Shown in pieces: positions 9,234 through 19,229 of a stretch of DNA of 64,000 nt; the first letter of the stretch is position 1, and each line of letters begins with the position of its first letter. The stretch is from positions 224,001-288,000 of the forward strand of contig CBDBKE010000001.1 in assembly GCA_965206645.1 (NCBI GenBank). Reading direction: 5' to 3'. Origin of the DNA: Terriglobia bacterium. GTDB taxonomy: Bacteria > Acidobacteriota > Terriglobia > JAJPHL01 > JAPKYU01. The translations under genes and the position numbers were made by a program. The notes beneath the pieces are model-generated. The model was not told the DNA's origin. It worked only from the letters and a program-made list of their open reading frames with translations, and searched no databases.

Positions 9234-11876
9234 TCAACTCCGAGTGATAAATTCGTCTAGGTTCAAGAGCAACCGGGCGATTGCAACCCAGAGTGCTGCT
9301 TCGGGGGGGGAGATGTCTTGCAATTCCTGCGCAGGGAAAAGCTGGTAAGCCAGGTCCGGGTATTTTTCCAAGATTCTCTTTTGCTCTTGGTAATAGCTGG
9401 CGAGACGCTCGCTCTCTGAAGCCCCGGGCTCCCTGGCGAGGCACAGTTGGAAGGCGTAGCGCAGACGGTCATCCCAACTGCCACGCTCATGGCGCAGAAT
9501 CCGAACGGCCAGCACCTGGGCTGCCTCTACAAACACTGGATCGTTCAGCAGGTTCAAGGCCTGCAGGGGCGTGGTGCTTCGTTCGCGTCGAGTGCAGGGA
9601 AGAAGAGAATCCGGGGCGTCAAAGTTTGTTAGCAGTGGATAGGGAGTCGTTCGCAAAAACTTGATGTATAGTCCGCGCCGATAGCGGTCCGTCCCTTTGC
9701 TTCCCTCCCATCTGGGCGGTCCGAATACGAAGCCAAACTCGATCACACCCTCAGGCTGATGGGGCTCGATACTCCTGCCACCGATGACCGGACTCAAGAG
9801 GCCGCTTACGGAGAGCGCAGCGTCGCGAATCAGTTCCGCGGAGAGACGCAGGCGGACCTGACGAGCCAGCATCTTGTTACCGGGATCATTGGTTTCCATC
9901 TCTGGCCTTACGTGCGAGGACTGCCGGTAGGTAGCCGATTGCACGATGAGCCTGTGCATTTTCTTCATGTCCCAGCCACTTGACATAAAGTCAGTGGCTA
10001 GCCAGTCGAGCAATTCGGGGTGCGAGGCTGGCTCGGATCGTGTGCCGAAGTCACCTGGCGTCCCTACCAGGCCACGACCGAAAAACTCTTGCCAAGCGCG
10101 GTTGACCCATATGCGCGAGGTCAGTGGATTTTCCTCAGACACCACCCACTTGGCCAGGTCCAGGCGTGAAGGGTTGGGAGCCGGGGGAGGGGAATTGAGA
10201 ATGGACAGCACGCCCGGCTGGACCTCGATTCCCGGTTGTAGGTAATCCCCGCGGATCAGGATGTGGGTCTTGGGAGGCTGAGGATTCTGCATCAGGATCT
10301 GGGCCTCGGTAGGTCCAGGATATTCCTTTTTCAGATTATGCAGCTTCTCCTTTAGTTCTTCCAACTTCAGTTCTTCGTATTTTTTCTTCCCAACAGAAAC
10401 CTGATAAAAGTCGGCAAAAAAGTCGGTCAGCTTATCCTGCTGTTTTTGGGTCCGCTCGTGGGGAGGAAGCATCAGCAATTTGCCTCCCTCGTCCACTGTG
10501 ACCAGCAGGTTGGACCAACCGGCGTCGTAAGGAGGATTGGCGCCCGGGTTCCGCCCGGCCGCCAGCGTTTTCTTTTCCCAATCGGGATAGAGTTCCGGCA
10601 CCTTGTACTCAGCCAATAATGCTTTTCGTTTATGTTCGTACTCTACCTGCCGCTGTAGATAAGTCCCCAATTCTCCCAGGTAAGGGACTTCGATATTTGC
10701 TTCCTTAGCGCTATTGAAAAACGCGAAGAGCTGATAAAACTCGCGCTGGCTGATCGGATCGTACTTGTGGTCATGGCAACGGGCACAGCCGACCGTGAGC
10801 CCCAGCCAAACGGCTCCCAGGGTCGAGGTGCGATCCACAATCTGTTCGATCCGGTACTCTTCGGGTTTAACGCCACCTTCGCGATTCGTCAGGGTGTTGC
10901 GAAAAAATCCGGTCGCGATCTTTTGCTCGGCAGTAGCATTCGGCAGCAGGTCGCCCGCGAGCTGCTCGAGTGTGAACTGGTCGAAGGGAATGTTGCGATT
11001 CAGCGCTTGAATCACCCAATCGCGCCAACGCCAGGCGTAAGGACGGACAAAGTCCTTTTCATAGCCGTCACTGTCGGCGTAGTGAGCCAGATCAAGCCAT
11101 TGCCGCGCCCACTTCTCTCCGTAATGGGTCGAAGCAAGCAGGCGGTCCACCAGGCGCTCATACGCATCCGGGCGCTGGTCAGCTAAGAACTGGGCCACTT
11201 CCTCAGGTGTCGGGGGCAGCCCGATCAGATCGAAGTAGAGGCGCCGAATCAAAGTAGACCGGTCGGCCTCCGGAGAGGGCACGATTTTCTCTGCTTCCAA
11301 CCGAGCAAGGACAAAGGCATCAATCGGGTTGCGAATCCAGGTCTGGTTGCGCACGTTCGGAAGGGCCGGGCGCTGAGGGGCATTGAAGGCCCAGTGCTTA
11401 CTTCGTGGGCTTGGGACCTGCAGGGTGGTAGCTTGCTTCGCCGCCGCCGGCTCCTGCGCCCACTTGGCACCCTGGTCAATCCACCCTCGCAGAAGGCTCA
11501 CCTGCTCCACGGTCAGCCTTTCTCCCACCATCGGCATGACCGAACCCTTCACTAAGCCCGCGACCATGTGGATGAGCCTGCTTCCGGCGCTGTTCCCCGG
11601 CTTAATCACCGGCCCGGAGTTGCCTCCGGCCAACGTTGCAGCCTTACTGTCCAGGCGTAATCCACCCATCTGCTGCTTCGGGCCATGGCAGATGGAGCAC
11701 CTCTCTCGAAACAGCGGCTCGACGTCCCGTGAAAAATCAACCTGGATTTTTGCCGCAGGAGGCAACGCCTGGATGTCTATTTCCTGGGCCAAATGGGGGA
11801 CGTAAGCAATTCCCAGAAGAAAAAGCACCGCAACGCTTGATGTAAAGACCCGTTTGAACATGGAAATCAACTCCAA
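9234..11876 (-). CDS. Planctomycete cytochrome c / DUF1549 / DUF1553 (PSD1) protein
   Basis: CSICH, NPIDAF, YGEKWARQWLD, CARCHDHKYDPI, HPELLDWLA and TPLQAL motifs. Confidence 0.92.
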   Translation of the reverse strand: MELISMFKRVFTSSVAVLFLLGIAYVPHLAQEIDIQALPPAAKIQVDFSRDVEPLFRERCSICHGPKQQMGGLRLDSKAATLAGGNSGPVIKPGNSAGSRLIHMVAGLVKGSVMPMVGERLTVEQVSLLRGWIDQGAKWAQEPAAAKQATTLQVPSPRSKHWAFNAPQRPALPNVRNQTWIRNPIDAFVLARLEAEKIVPSPEADRSTLIRRLYFDLIGLPPTPEEVAQFLADQRPDAYERLVDRLLASTHYGEKWARQWLDLAHYADSDGYEKDFVRPYAWRWRDWVIQALNRNIPFDQFTLEQLAGDLLPNATAEQKIATGFFRNTLTNREGGVKPEEYRIEQIVDRTSTLGAVWLGLTVGCARCHDHKYDPISQREFYQLFAFFNSAKEANIEVPYLGELGTYLQRQVEYEHKRKALLAEYKVPELYPDWEKKTLAAGRNPGANPPYDAGWSNLLVTVDEGGKLLMLPPHERTQKQQDKLTDFFADFYQVSVGKKKYEELKLEELKEKLHNLKKEYPGPTEAQILMQNPQPPKTHILIRGDYLQPGIEVQPGVLSILNSPPPAPNPSRLDLAKWVVSEENPLTSRIWVNRAWQEFFGRGLVGTPGDFGTRSEPASHPELLDWLATDFMSSGWDMKKMHRLIVQSATYRQSSHVRPEMETNDPGNKMLARQVRLRLSAELIRDAALSVSGLLSPVIGGRSIEPHQPEGVIEFGFVFGPPRWEGSKGTDRYRRGLYIKFLRTTPYPLLTNFDAPDSLLPCTRRERSTTPLQALNLLNDPVFVEAAQVLAVRILRHERGSWDDRLRYAFQLCLAREPGASESERLASYYQEQKRILEKYPDLAYQLFPAQELQDISPPEAALWVAIARLLLNLDEFITRS

Positions 11877-11894
11877 GAGAAAAACTGCGGTCTC

Positions 11895-13343
11895 CTATGC
11901 CAGCAACTTCTGCACTACTTCGCCTGCGACATCGGTGAGCCGGAAGTCGCGCGCCATGTGGCGATAAGTGAGCCGCTTGTGGTCGAGTCCCAGTAAGTGC
12001 AGGAGGGTGGCATGCAGGTCGTGGATGTGAATCTTGTCTTCTACGATCCGCAGGCCCAAGTCGTCCGTTTGCCCGACGACCTGCCCGCTCCTAATGCCTC
12101 CCCCCGCCATCCAGATGCAGAAGGCAAACGGGTGGTGGTCTCGTCCCTCGCCGCCCTTGTCCGGGTCGTTGATCTGCACCATAGGAGTGCGCCCAAACTC
12201 CCCTCCCCAAATGACCAGCGTGGAGTCGAGCAGACCGCGCTGCTTCAGATCCTTCAGCAGTGCTGCGGTAGGCTGGTCGACGATCTCGCAGTTCTCCTTC
12301 AGGTTTTCCAGAAGTCTGCTATGGTCGTCCCAGCTCCCGTGCATCAACTGCACAAAGCGCACGCCGCGCTCGATCATCCTTCGGGCCAGTAGACAGTTGG
12401 TGCCGAAGGTCTTGGTCGGTTTTTTATCCACGCCGTACATCTCCAGCGTGCTCGCCGACTCCTTGGAGAGATCCATTAATTCTGGAGCGGCCATCTGCAT
12501 TCGGAACGCCAGCTCGTAGGAGGCGATGCGCGAGGCGATCTCAACGTCTCCAGTCTTAGCACGGTTGATCTCATTGAGATCCCGGAGAGCGTCCAGAGTG
12601 GAACGCTGCATTTCCCGGTTGACTCCGGGCGGATCCGACAGATAGAGGACAGGGTCACCCGTGTTCCGGAAAGTGACCCCTTGGTAAGTGGACGAGAGAA
12701 ATCCGCTGGACCAGTTCCCAGTGCCTGCCCCTGGAGAGGTGCCTCCAGAGCGGAGCACGACAAAACCCGGTAAGCTCTCCGACTCGCTTCCCAGACCGTA
12801 GAGAGCCCACGCGCCCATCGAGGGGCGCCCCACCAGCGGCGTCCCGCACTGCAGCATTAACTGGGCCGGGTGGTGGTTGAACTGCTCCGTGTACATCGAC
12901 CGGATCATGCAGATGTCGTCGGCCCGGCTCGCAATGTGCGGCAGCCAATCGGAAAACTCGATGCCGCTTTGCCCGTAGCGCCGGAACGAGCGCGGGCTCG
13001 CCCAAACCTTGGCCGTCGGCTTGATAAAGGCCAATCTCAAGTCCTTGGTCATAGAAGGCGGCAGAGACTGGCCCTCCCATTTCTTCATCTCTGCCTTGGG
13101 ATCAAACAGATCAACTTGACTCGGCCCACCGTCCATGTACAGGAAGATAACGTTTTTTACCTTTGCAGGGAAATGGGGGGACTTGGGAGCAAGCGGGTTA
13201 ATCTTTTTCGACGTTTGGGTAGCGTCACCCGCAAGGCCTTCGGCCTGCAACAGGTGCCAGAAAGCAACTGTCCCTAATCCCGCAGCCGTATCGCGCAAGA
13301 AGCTTCGGCGACTTTGGAGGGACTTGAGCTCTTGCCAGTCCAT
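11895..13343 (-). CDS. DUF1501 (sulfatase-like) Tat-exported protein
   Basis: SRRSFL leader; GGPSQVDLFDPK, WGGEFGRTP and GRDHHP motifs; usual partner of PSD1 proteins. Confidence 0.92.
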   Translation of the reverse strand: MDWQELKSLQSRRSFLRDTAAGLGTVAFWHLLQAEGLAGDATQTSKKINPLAPKSPHFPAKVKNVIFLYMDGGPSQVDLFDPKAEMKKWEGQSLPPSMTKDLRLAFIKPTAKVWASPRSFRRYGQSGIEFSDWLPHIASRADDICMIRSMYTEQFNHHPAQLMLQCGTPLVGRPSMGAWALYGLGSESESLPGFVVLRSGGTSPGAGTGNWSSGFLSSTYQGVTFRNTGDPVLYLSDPPGVNREMQRSTLDALRDLNEINRAKTGDVEIASRIASYELAFRMQMAAPELMDLSKESASTLEMYGVDKKPTKTFGTNCLLARRMIERGVRFVQLMHGSWDDHSRLLENLKENCEIVDQPTAALLKDLKQRGLLDSTLVIWGGEFGRTPMVQINDPDKGGEGRDHHPFAFCIWMAGGGIRSGQVVGQTDDLGLRIVEDKIHIHDLHATLLHLLGLDHKRLTYRHMARDFRLTDVAGEVVQKLLA

Positions 13344-13388
13344 CGGGGTGTTCTCCTCCAGAGTTTACATCATGTTAGGGGCTGTCAA

Positions 13389-15047
13389 CCGGAATTTCCA
13401 TTTTGAGCTTCACCTTCACCCGAAAACCTATGCCTCTTACCCTGTCGTGTCAATCGCAAATCGCCCGGGCCTCTTTGAGGTGGTAGTGCGGCACATTTTG
13501 GCTGTTCTTCGGAGTCGCTGTGCGGGTTTCGCCTGCCCAGCCTGCCTCGCCGCTGACACTTGTCCGGCCCGACCACTTCTGAGCACCTAAAATTACCCTC
13601 TCTCCTGGGTCGCTAGCCGTCTGGCAGCGGCAGTGCCGAGATCGTTCGCAGCATGCTGCTGAACAGCCTCCGGCTCAAGTGCCCTTCGGCCAGCAAAAGC
13701 CAGTAATATCGCGCATGTTTCACCAGCCGTCCTCCCGTTTTCACCAGCCGCTGCTGCAAACTCGTCAGCGACCAGTTGTTGATCCTCTTCGGTAGCACCA
13801 GCCGCCGCCACAGGTTTCCCAAGTTGTAGGCGATCAGGCTCAGCCATAGGCGCACCTCGTTCGACCGAAACCGATGGCAACTCAGCCGGGTCATCTTTAC
13901 CGCCTGCTTGCCTTCCTTGATCCATTGCTCTGCGGTGCCCCGCTTGTTGTAGAACCGGACCACCGCCCGGCTGTCGGTCTCCAGATTGGTGACGATGAAC
14001 CCCACGCGAGGGAACAGTTCGCCAAAGTGGAACTCCACCTTCGCCACCACCCGCCGCGCCTTTTTCCAACTGGCTGCCTGGTAGAGAAAGCTCTTGTACC
14101 AGACCACCGGCTTGTGGCTCGGTCGCCCCACTGGCCGCGTCAACAACTCCGCGATGTCCCTCTCCAGACTGTCGTTGGCCGGGATGCGAATCGCATACTT
14201 CACGTCCCGCTCCTCCAGTGCGTCGTAGATCTCCGGCTTGGCGAAGGCGGCGTCGGCGCGAAACACCACTTCCTTGCCCAGCTTCTGCTGCCGTTCGATC
14301 TCTGGCAGGAGAAGTTCTTCCCAATCCTCGGCGCTGTGCACGTTGCCGGGTCGCAGCTTGGCCGCCAGACAGTCACCCTCGCGACTGAACAGCAACAACG
14401 GGTGATAGCAACTCGACTCGAAATGCCCGTTGTAGGCGCTCTGCTCCTGTTCGCCGTAGACCGGGATCTCGGTGCTGTCCATGTCCAGCACCACCCGGCG
14501 CGGCGCATCCATAGCTTCCGCCCTGGCGATCAAATCCCGGTTGATCGCTGCCAAACCAGCAAGGTTCTCGTCTTGCGTCAGCAGTTCTGTCTCGAACGAC
14601 TGTAACCGGGAAGTCAGGGCTGCGCCACGTTCCCAGATCTTCTCCGAACCGATCAGCCGGAACGTCGGATCTTGGGAAAGCCGCTCGGCGTCGTTGACGT
14701 CTTCGTATCCTGCCAAGCGGCTGTAGATGGACTGCCGCAGCAAGTCAGCGAGGGGCAACCGGGTGTTCTTCCCCCGAGAGTCGATCAAGTGCTGTTCGAT
14801 AAGTTCGCCGAACCCCAAACGTTCGTCCAACTCGCGCACCACAATCAGACCGCCGTCGGAAGTGATTCGCGATCCCTGAAATGTGACCCGCAGAAACCGG
14901 TTGAATGACAGTTGAAACGCCTGTTTTTGGCTCTCACCCATTCGGTGTACACCTCCGGAAGGCAATGTTGATGCTGGAACCCGCATCAATACTGACGTTG
15001 GAGTCATTCAGAAGGTTGCCGCCGATAGTTCATAAAGGAAATCCGGG
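13389..15047 (-). mobile_element. IS1380-family element
   Basis: Ends CCGGAATTTCC and GGAAATCCGGG; 5-bp TSD GTCAA at 13384-13388 and 15048-15052. Confidence 0.92.
13613..14941 (-). CDS. IS1380 transposase
   Basis: ITSDGG, GYEDVND, LDMDST, FRADAAF and YNKRGTAEQWIKEGK motifs. Confidence 0.93.
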   Translation of the reverse strand: MGESQKQAFQLSFNRFLRVTFQGSRITSDGGLIVVRELDERLGFGELIEQHLIDSRGKNTRLPLADLLRQSIYSRLAGYEDVNDAERLSQDPTFRLIGSEKIWERGAALTSRLQSFETELLTQDENLAGLAAINRDLIARAEAMDAPRRVVLDMDSTEIPVYGEQEQSAYNGHFESSCYHPLLLFSREGDCLAAKLRPGNVHSAEDWEELLLPEIERQQKLGKEVVFRADAAFAKPEIYDALEERDVKYAIRIPANDSLERDIAELLTRPVGRPSHKPVVWYKSFLYQAASWKKARRVVAKVEFHFGELFPRVGFIVTNLETDSRAVVRFYNKRGTAEQWIKEGKQAVKMTRLSCHRFRSNEVRLWLSLIAYNLGNLWRRLVLPKRINNWSLTSLQQRLVKTGGRLVKHARYYWLLLAEGHLSRRLFSSMLRTISALPLPDG

Positions 15048-15145
15048 GTCAAGAAGAGCCGCAGATCTACCGCCAGTGCGTGGCCACCCGCAGCCTCTAG
15101 TGCAGACCCTTGGTCCCGCGCAAGCAATCCGTAGGTCATCAAGGA

Positions 15146-16351
15146 TCATGGCTTGAACAACCTGACCTCGACTTCGTAAGTGACCGACTCGCCCGGGCGA
15201 AGAATCGCCATGCCGGTGCGTTCCTGTTGGGAACCCCAGATCTTGCTGAATGGGTCGGTCCAATGGGTTTGCGGTTCGATCGCAATGAAGGGCTCGTCGG
15301 TAGGCGCCGCTACCTGAAAGGCTTGGATCGAGGGGCTCAAGGCAGTGACGCGAACGCCGTAGCCCGCTAAGCTATCGACTACAGAGGCGGCCGCGTGGCC
15401 GTCCGGATTTCTGACCAGACCTACGAAACAATCATCCAAGTACATCTGCCCGAGTTCCTTGCCCTGGGCTTCAGAAAAATCGTACGGCGTGCTCTGAATG
15501 CCGGCGACCTCGCCAGTGGGGAAGACATCGTCGTAATTGTTTACCAGAAGCCGCTTTCGCGCCGGAAGGTGCAGCCTCCCCTGCTCTCGCTTGCCGCTCG
15601 GGAACAAGAAATAGGGGTGCCAGGAAACTCCCATCGGCAACAACTCGTCGCCAATGTTTTTGGCCGTGACCGAGAACACGAAGGAATCGGCCCGCAGAGT
15701 TGCGGTGACAGTGAGAAAAGTCTTCGACAACCACTGGCCTTGGAAGTCTCCCGCGTCGAGCCGCCCGGTCACTTTCGCCTCGCCCTGGCCGGACTCCAAA
15801 GTGACTTCATCCATACGGTTTCGCAGAAACAGCCCGTGCACCGCACACTTCTCCGCTCCCGGCGCCTTACCCTGGCCGATCGCCGGCAGCTTGACGGCCT
15901 TGTCCAGAATCCGGGCCTGGACGCGGTTTTCATCAGGCAAGAATTCCCCGCGAATGCGGTTTGCGTAGGGAAGGAGAATTGCACCTCCCATTTGGTATGA
16001 TTGCTCTCCGTAAGAGTCCTGAGGGCCTCCGTCCATGATCTCCCTGACGGCCTCAAGAGAAGGCGATTGGAACATCTCGAAGGTGCCCTTGCCCGGCAGG
16101 TATGCCTGCATTTGGTAAATGTTCATGGAGCGCCCCGGAAGAATGTAGACCTTCAGTATTTGGAGCCCTCCATCGTCTGACTTGGGTGCGTTCAACACGA
16201 CGACCGGTTCGCTGCCCACCGTGGCACTAATCTTCTTTGCCGAAAACGCCTCCTTTGGGGCCGGCGGAGCCTGCTGGTCGTAGCCGCAACCTACGATAAG
16301 GGTTACTAGAAGTAAGCCAGTAAGGACGGCAAGTTCTCTCGCTGCTGCCAT
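15146..16351 (-). CDS. Aldose 1-epimerase family lipoprotein
   Basis: LIVGC lipobox; GGAILLPYANRI, VHG, WHPYF, LDDCF and AIEP motifs. Confidence 0.88.
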   Translation of the reverse strand: MAAARELAVLTGLLLVTLIVGCGYDQQAPPAPKEAFSAKKISATVGSEPVVVLNAPKSDDGGLQILKVYILPGRSMNIYQMQAYLPGKGTFEMFQSPSLEAVREIMDGGPQDSYGEQSYQMGGAILLPYANRIRGEFLPDENRVQARILDKAVKLPAIGQGKAPGAEKCAVHGLFLRNRMDEVTLESGQGEAKVTGRLDAGDFQGQWLSKTFLTVTATLRADSFVFSVTAKNIGDELLPMGVSWHPYFLFPSGKREQGRLHLPARKRLLVNNYDDVFPTGEVAGIQSTPYDFSEAQGKELGQMYLDDCFVGLVRNPDGHAAASVVDSLAGYGVRVTALSPSIQAFQVAAPTDEPFIAIEPQTHWTDPFSKIWGSQQERTGMAILRPGESVTYEVEVRLFKP

Positions 16352-16429
16352 GTGTAAAGCCTTTCTTAAGAGACTCAAACTGGCTCCCAGCGCGTAGTCG
16401 AGCCGAAAGCCTCCACTGAGGGGCAACCG

Positions 16430-17062
16430 CTAGCGGCGCGTCCGCGAGCGGGGTTCAACGCGGATAGCCAACAGCACGTGGGTGGGCTCGCCCTCAACGA
16501 CCGTAGGGGCGAACTGGAATTGCCGCAGGGCAGCTTCCAACGCAGAGTCGGTGGCGTCTTCCATCGGGCGCAGGCTGGCTACCTTTCCTTCCTGGTCCAC
16601 CAGAAGCAAATAGGAACAGGGGATATTCTGTAAGCCCGCAGGCAGGGGTGCCGCTCGCAGTGGCGGCAGGTGGCGGGCCCGCATGGGCACAAACAGCGGC
16701 GTATCGGTCGGAATCTTCCAGAAGCGCGCTGGGGATACTTCCACTTTCGCCGACTCTACCCATCCCTGGTCTTTCTTCCCCGGGATGTGGACCCGTGCCA
16801 GGAGCGCCCTGCCAGTGTCGCGCGCCGGGAGCAGAAAGGTGAACTGGAAGGCTGAGGACTCTTTCGGCAGCCGCGCGGCAATCTTGGCACCCGTAAATTG
16901 CAGGCGCCAGCGGCCGGTGGGCTCCACTTCGGCCACCATGGGGGAGATTGGATCAGGTGCCTTATAAATGGCAGCAAAGTGCCCTCGCGGCGTCACTACC
17001 TGCGCCAGGCAGACAGAAGCCAGCAAGGCACTGAGCAGCGAGGTTGCCAAAGCCTTCGTCAT
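16430..17062 (-). CDS. Exported hypothetical protein with a TonB C-terminal-like domain
   Basis: Signal peptide; LLVDQEGKV...ALRQFQFAPTVVEGEP. Confidence 0.6.
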   Translation of the reverse strand: MTKALATSLLSALLASVCLAQVVTPRGHFAAIYKAPDPISPMVAEVEPTGRWRLQFTGAKIAARLPKESSAFQFTFLLPARDTGRALLARVHIPGKKDQGWVESAKVEVSPARFWKIPTDTPLFVPMRARHLPPLRAAPLPAGLQNIPCSYLLLVDQEGKVASLRPMEDATDSALEAALRQFQFAPTVVEGEPTHVLLAIRVEPRSRTRR

Positions 17063-17112
17063 ATGCTCGCAGTAGCGGCCCAAGCCAAGCCTCCTCGCCG
17101 GTGGCTGCTGAG

Positions 17113-18147
17113 TCAAATCGTCCACCGGAGCAGGGCCGCTCCCGCCGTATATCCTGCCCCCACGGCCGTCAGCAGCACCAGATCCCCCTTGTTGAGTTTT
17201 CCGGCCTGCACAGCTGTGGCCAGTGCCAGAGGAATGGTGGCGGCGGTTGTATTGCCGTACTCATCAATGTTGATGATCACCTGGTCGCACCCCAGACCCA
17301 GGCGCTCAGCCGTGGCCTCGATGATGCGCCGGTTGGCCTGGTGGGGAACCAGGACCCGGACGTCGCGCCCCGTCAGCCCATTGCGGTCCAACAGCCCCTT
17401 GCAGATGTCGTACATCTTGCGGACTGCGTATTTGAATACCTGCCGTCCGTCCTGGTGCACGTAGTGCATGCGCTGGCGCACGGTTTCCTCGCTGGCCGGG
17501 CGACGGCTGCCCCCGGCCGGCATGTGCAAGGAGCCGCCGCCGGAGCCGTCAATTTCGTGCAGGTAATCGATCAGACCCTGCTCGCCGGCATCTGCCGGCT
17601 CCAACAGCACGGCGCCGGCGGCATCCCCGAACAGCACGCAGGTGGCGCGGTGGGTATAATCAACGATGCTGGACATGGTGTCGGCGCCAACGACCAGGAC
17701 GCGCCGGTGCGCCCCGTTGGCAATAAATTGGGTGCCCACGACCAGCGCGTAGAGGAAGCCGGAGCAGGCGGCTGACAGATCGAACCCCCAGGCGCCGCGC
17801 GCCCCGAGCTTGTCCTGGACCAAGCAGGCGGTGGCCGGGAACAACATATCGGGGGTCACGGTGGCGACCAGAATCACTTCCACGTCCTGCGGATCCAGGC
17901 CGCGCGCTGCCAGCGCCTTACGGGCCGCTTCCACCGCCATGTCGGAAGTGGCCATTCCGTCGCTGACCAAGTGCCGCGTGTGAATTCCCGTCCGATCCAG
18001 GATCCACTGCTCGGTCGTATTCACCATCTGTTCCAGGTCAGCATTCGTCAGCACTCGGGGAGGAACGTAGACTCCCAGGGAGGTGATTTTCGTCCGCGAT
18101 TGAGTCAAGGAAGCCTCGCCACACGCAGAAGCTGAATTTGTGTCCAC
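17113..18147 (-). CDS. fabH: 3-oxoacyl-ACP synthase III
   Basis: DLSAACSGF, LFGDAAGA, PHQAN and YGNT motifs. Confidence 0.95.
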   Translation of the reverse strand: MDTNSASACGEASLTQSRTKITSLGVYVPPRVLTNADLEQMVNTTEQWILDRTGIHTRHLVSDGMATSDMAVEAARKALAARGLDPQDVEVILVATVTPDMLFPATACLVQDKLGARGAWGFDLSAACSGFLYALVVGTQFIANGAHRRVLVVGADTMSSIVDYTHRATCVLFGDAAGAVLLEPADAGEQGLIDYLHEIDGSGGGSLHMPAGGSRRPASEETVRQRMHYVHQDGRQVFKYAVRKMYDICKGLLDRNGLTGRDVRVLVPHQANRRIIEATAERLGLGCDQVIINIDEYGNTTAATIPLALATAVQAGKLNKGDLVLLTAVGAGYTAGAALLRWTI

Positions 18148-18273
18148 AAGACGCCGTCTATTCTGCCATATTCAGCGCGAAGTCCGAACCGCGAAATGGA
18201 AAAGGCCGCTGAGACGCAACGCAGCGGCACCACGCTGCCGTCTGGCGACGGCGCACTTCATCGCCGTGGTGGG

Positions 18274-19185
18274 CTACCGTCGCCGGTGTGGGCTCCCTCT
18301 GGCCAGCTCTCGTTCTTGAACCGCACCGGCACGGGCACGCGAGCCCGGGTCATTGATGGACCAGTCGTAGCGGAAGAATTCTATTTTTGGGTTCCTCAGG
18401 AAATTCAGTGCTTGCAAGTTTCTGGGGGTTAGATACGGGAGGATATACTCAAGCAGGGTGACCCTGGGGGTTAGATACAGGAGGATATAGTCGGGCAGAG
18501 TGACCTTGCGGTCGGGGTTCCGCCTGCGGAGGTGCTGAAGAAAATCCTCCTCGTAGTCGCTCAGGTTGTAGAGCCCCGACAGGTAGACTCGGTTAGCGGT
18601 CGTGTCTATCGTGAGGTTTCGCTTTTGGTTAATAAACAGGCTGGCGGCTCGCTCCAACTGCTCCTGGAGCGCGGGGCCAGTGAAAGCATCCCGCGGCAGC
18701 AAGGGGCAACTCAGGGAGGCACAGACCAAGGCGAAGTGAATACGCGGGTCGTCGAATCGCCTGCGAATCATCTGGTTCTCCAGATGCGTCAGCGTCATCT
18801 GCTGGCCGCCGGCCAGAAACTTTCGCCGCCAGAAAAAGCTGTAGAGGAACCCCATATCGCGCACGCTGTTTACCGGGTACGCAGCCGAGACCGCTTTCAG
18901 AACAAACGCATTGTAGGCGTTCAGCCAGTAGGAGAGCCGATCGTCGCGGGTGGGAAAAAGATGCGGACGGTTGGCCGGGCTGGTCGCGGCCAGCATCTCC
19001 ACATAGCGGTCCAGCTCGGCGGGATTCTTCTTCAGGCCGGCGTAGTCGACCTCGCCGATCTCGTTCACATACCCCTTCAACACTCGGTCCAGCGGCGCAT
19101 GGTCAAAGCCGCTGGCCCATCCATCTCCTGCGCCAGCTCCTGCGAAAGTTAGCGTCAGGAAAACGAGTAAGGCAAGTACCCGCAT
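18274..19185 (-). CDS. DUF547 domain exported protein
   Basis: YWLNAYNA and DPRIHFALVCASLSCP motifs; signal peptide from Met 19185. Confidence 0.9.
   Translation of the reverse strand: MRVLALLVFLTLTFAGAGAGDGWASGFDHAPLDRVLKGYVNEIGEVDYAGLKKNPAELDRYVEMLAATSPANRPHLFPTRDDRLSYWLNAYNAFVLKAVSAAYPVNSVRDMGFLYSFFWRRKFLAGGQQMTLTHLENQMIRRRFDDPRIHFALVCASLSCPLLPRDAFTGPALQEQLERAASLFINQKRNLTIDTTANRVYLSGLYNLSDYEEDFLQHLRRRNPDRKVTLPDYILLYLTPRVTLLEYILPYLTPRNLQALNFLRNPKIEFFRYDWSINDPGSRARAGAVQERELARGSPHRRR
18422..18505 (-). repeat. In-frame 42-bp imperfect tandem duplication
   Basis: VTLPDYILLYLTPR followed by VTLLEYILPYLTPR. Confidence 0.85.
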
Positions 19186-19229
19186 ACATTGCAATAGATG
19201 CAGCCACCCCAGGGAAGGTGCACACCGGG

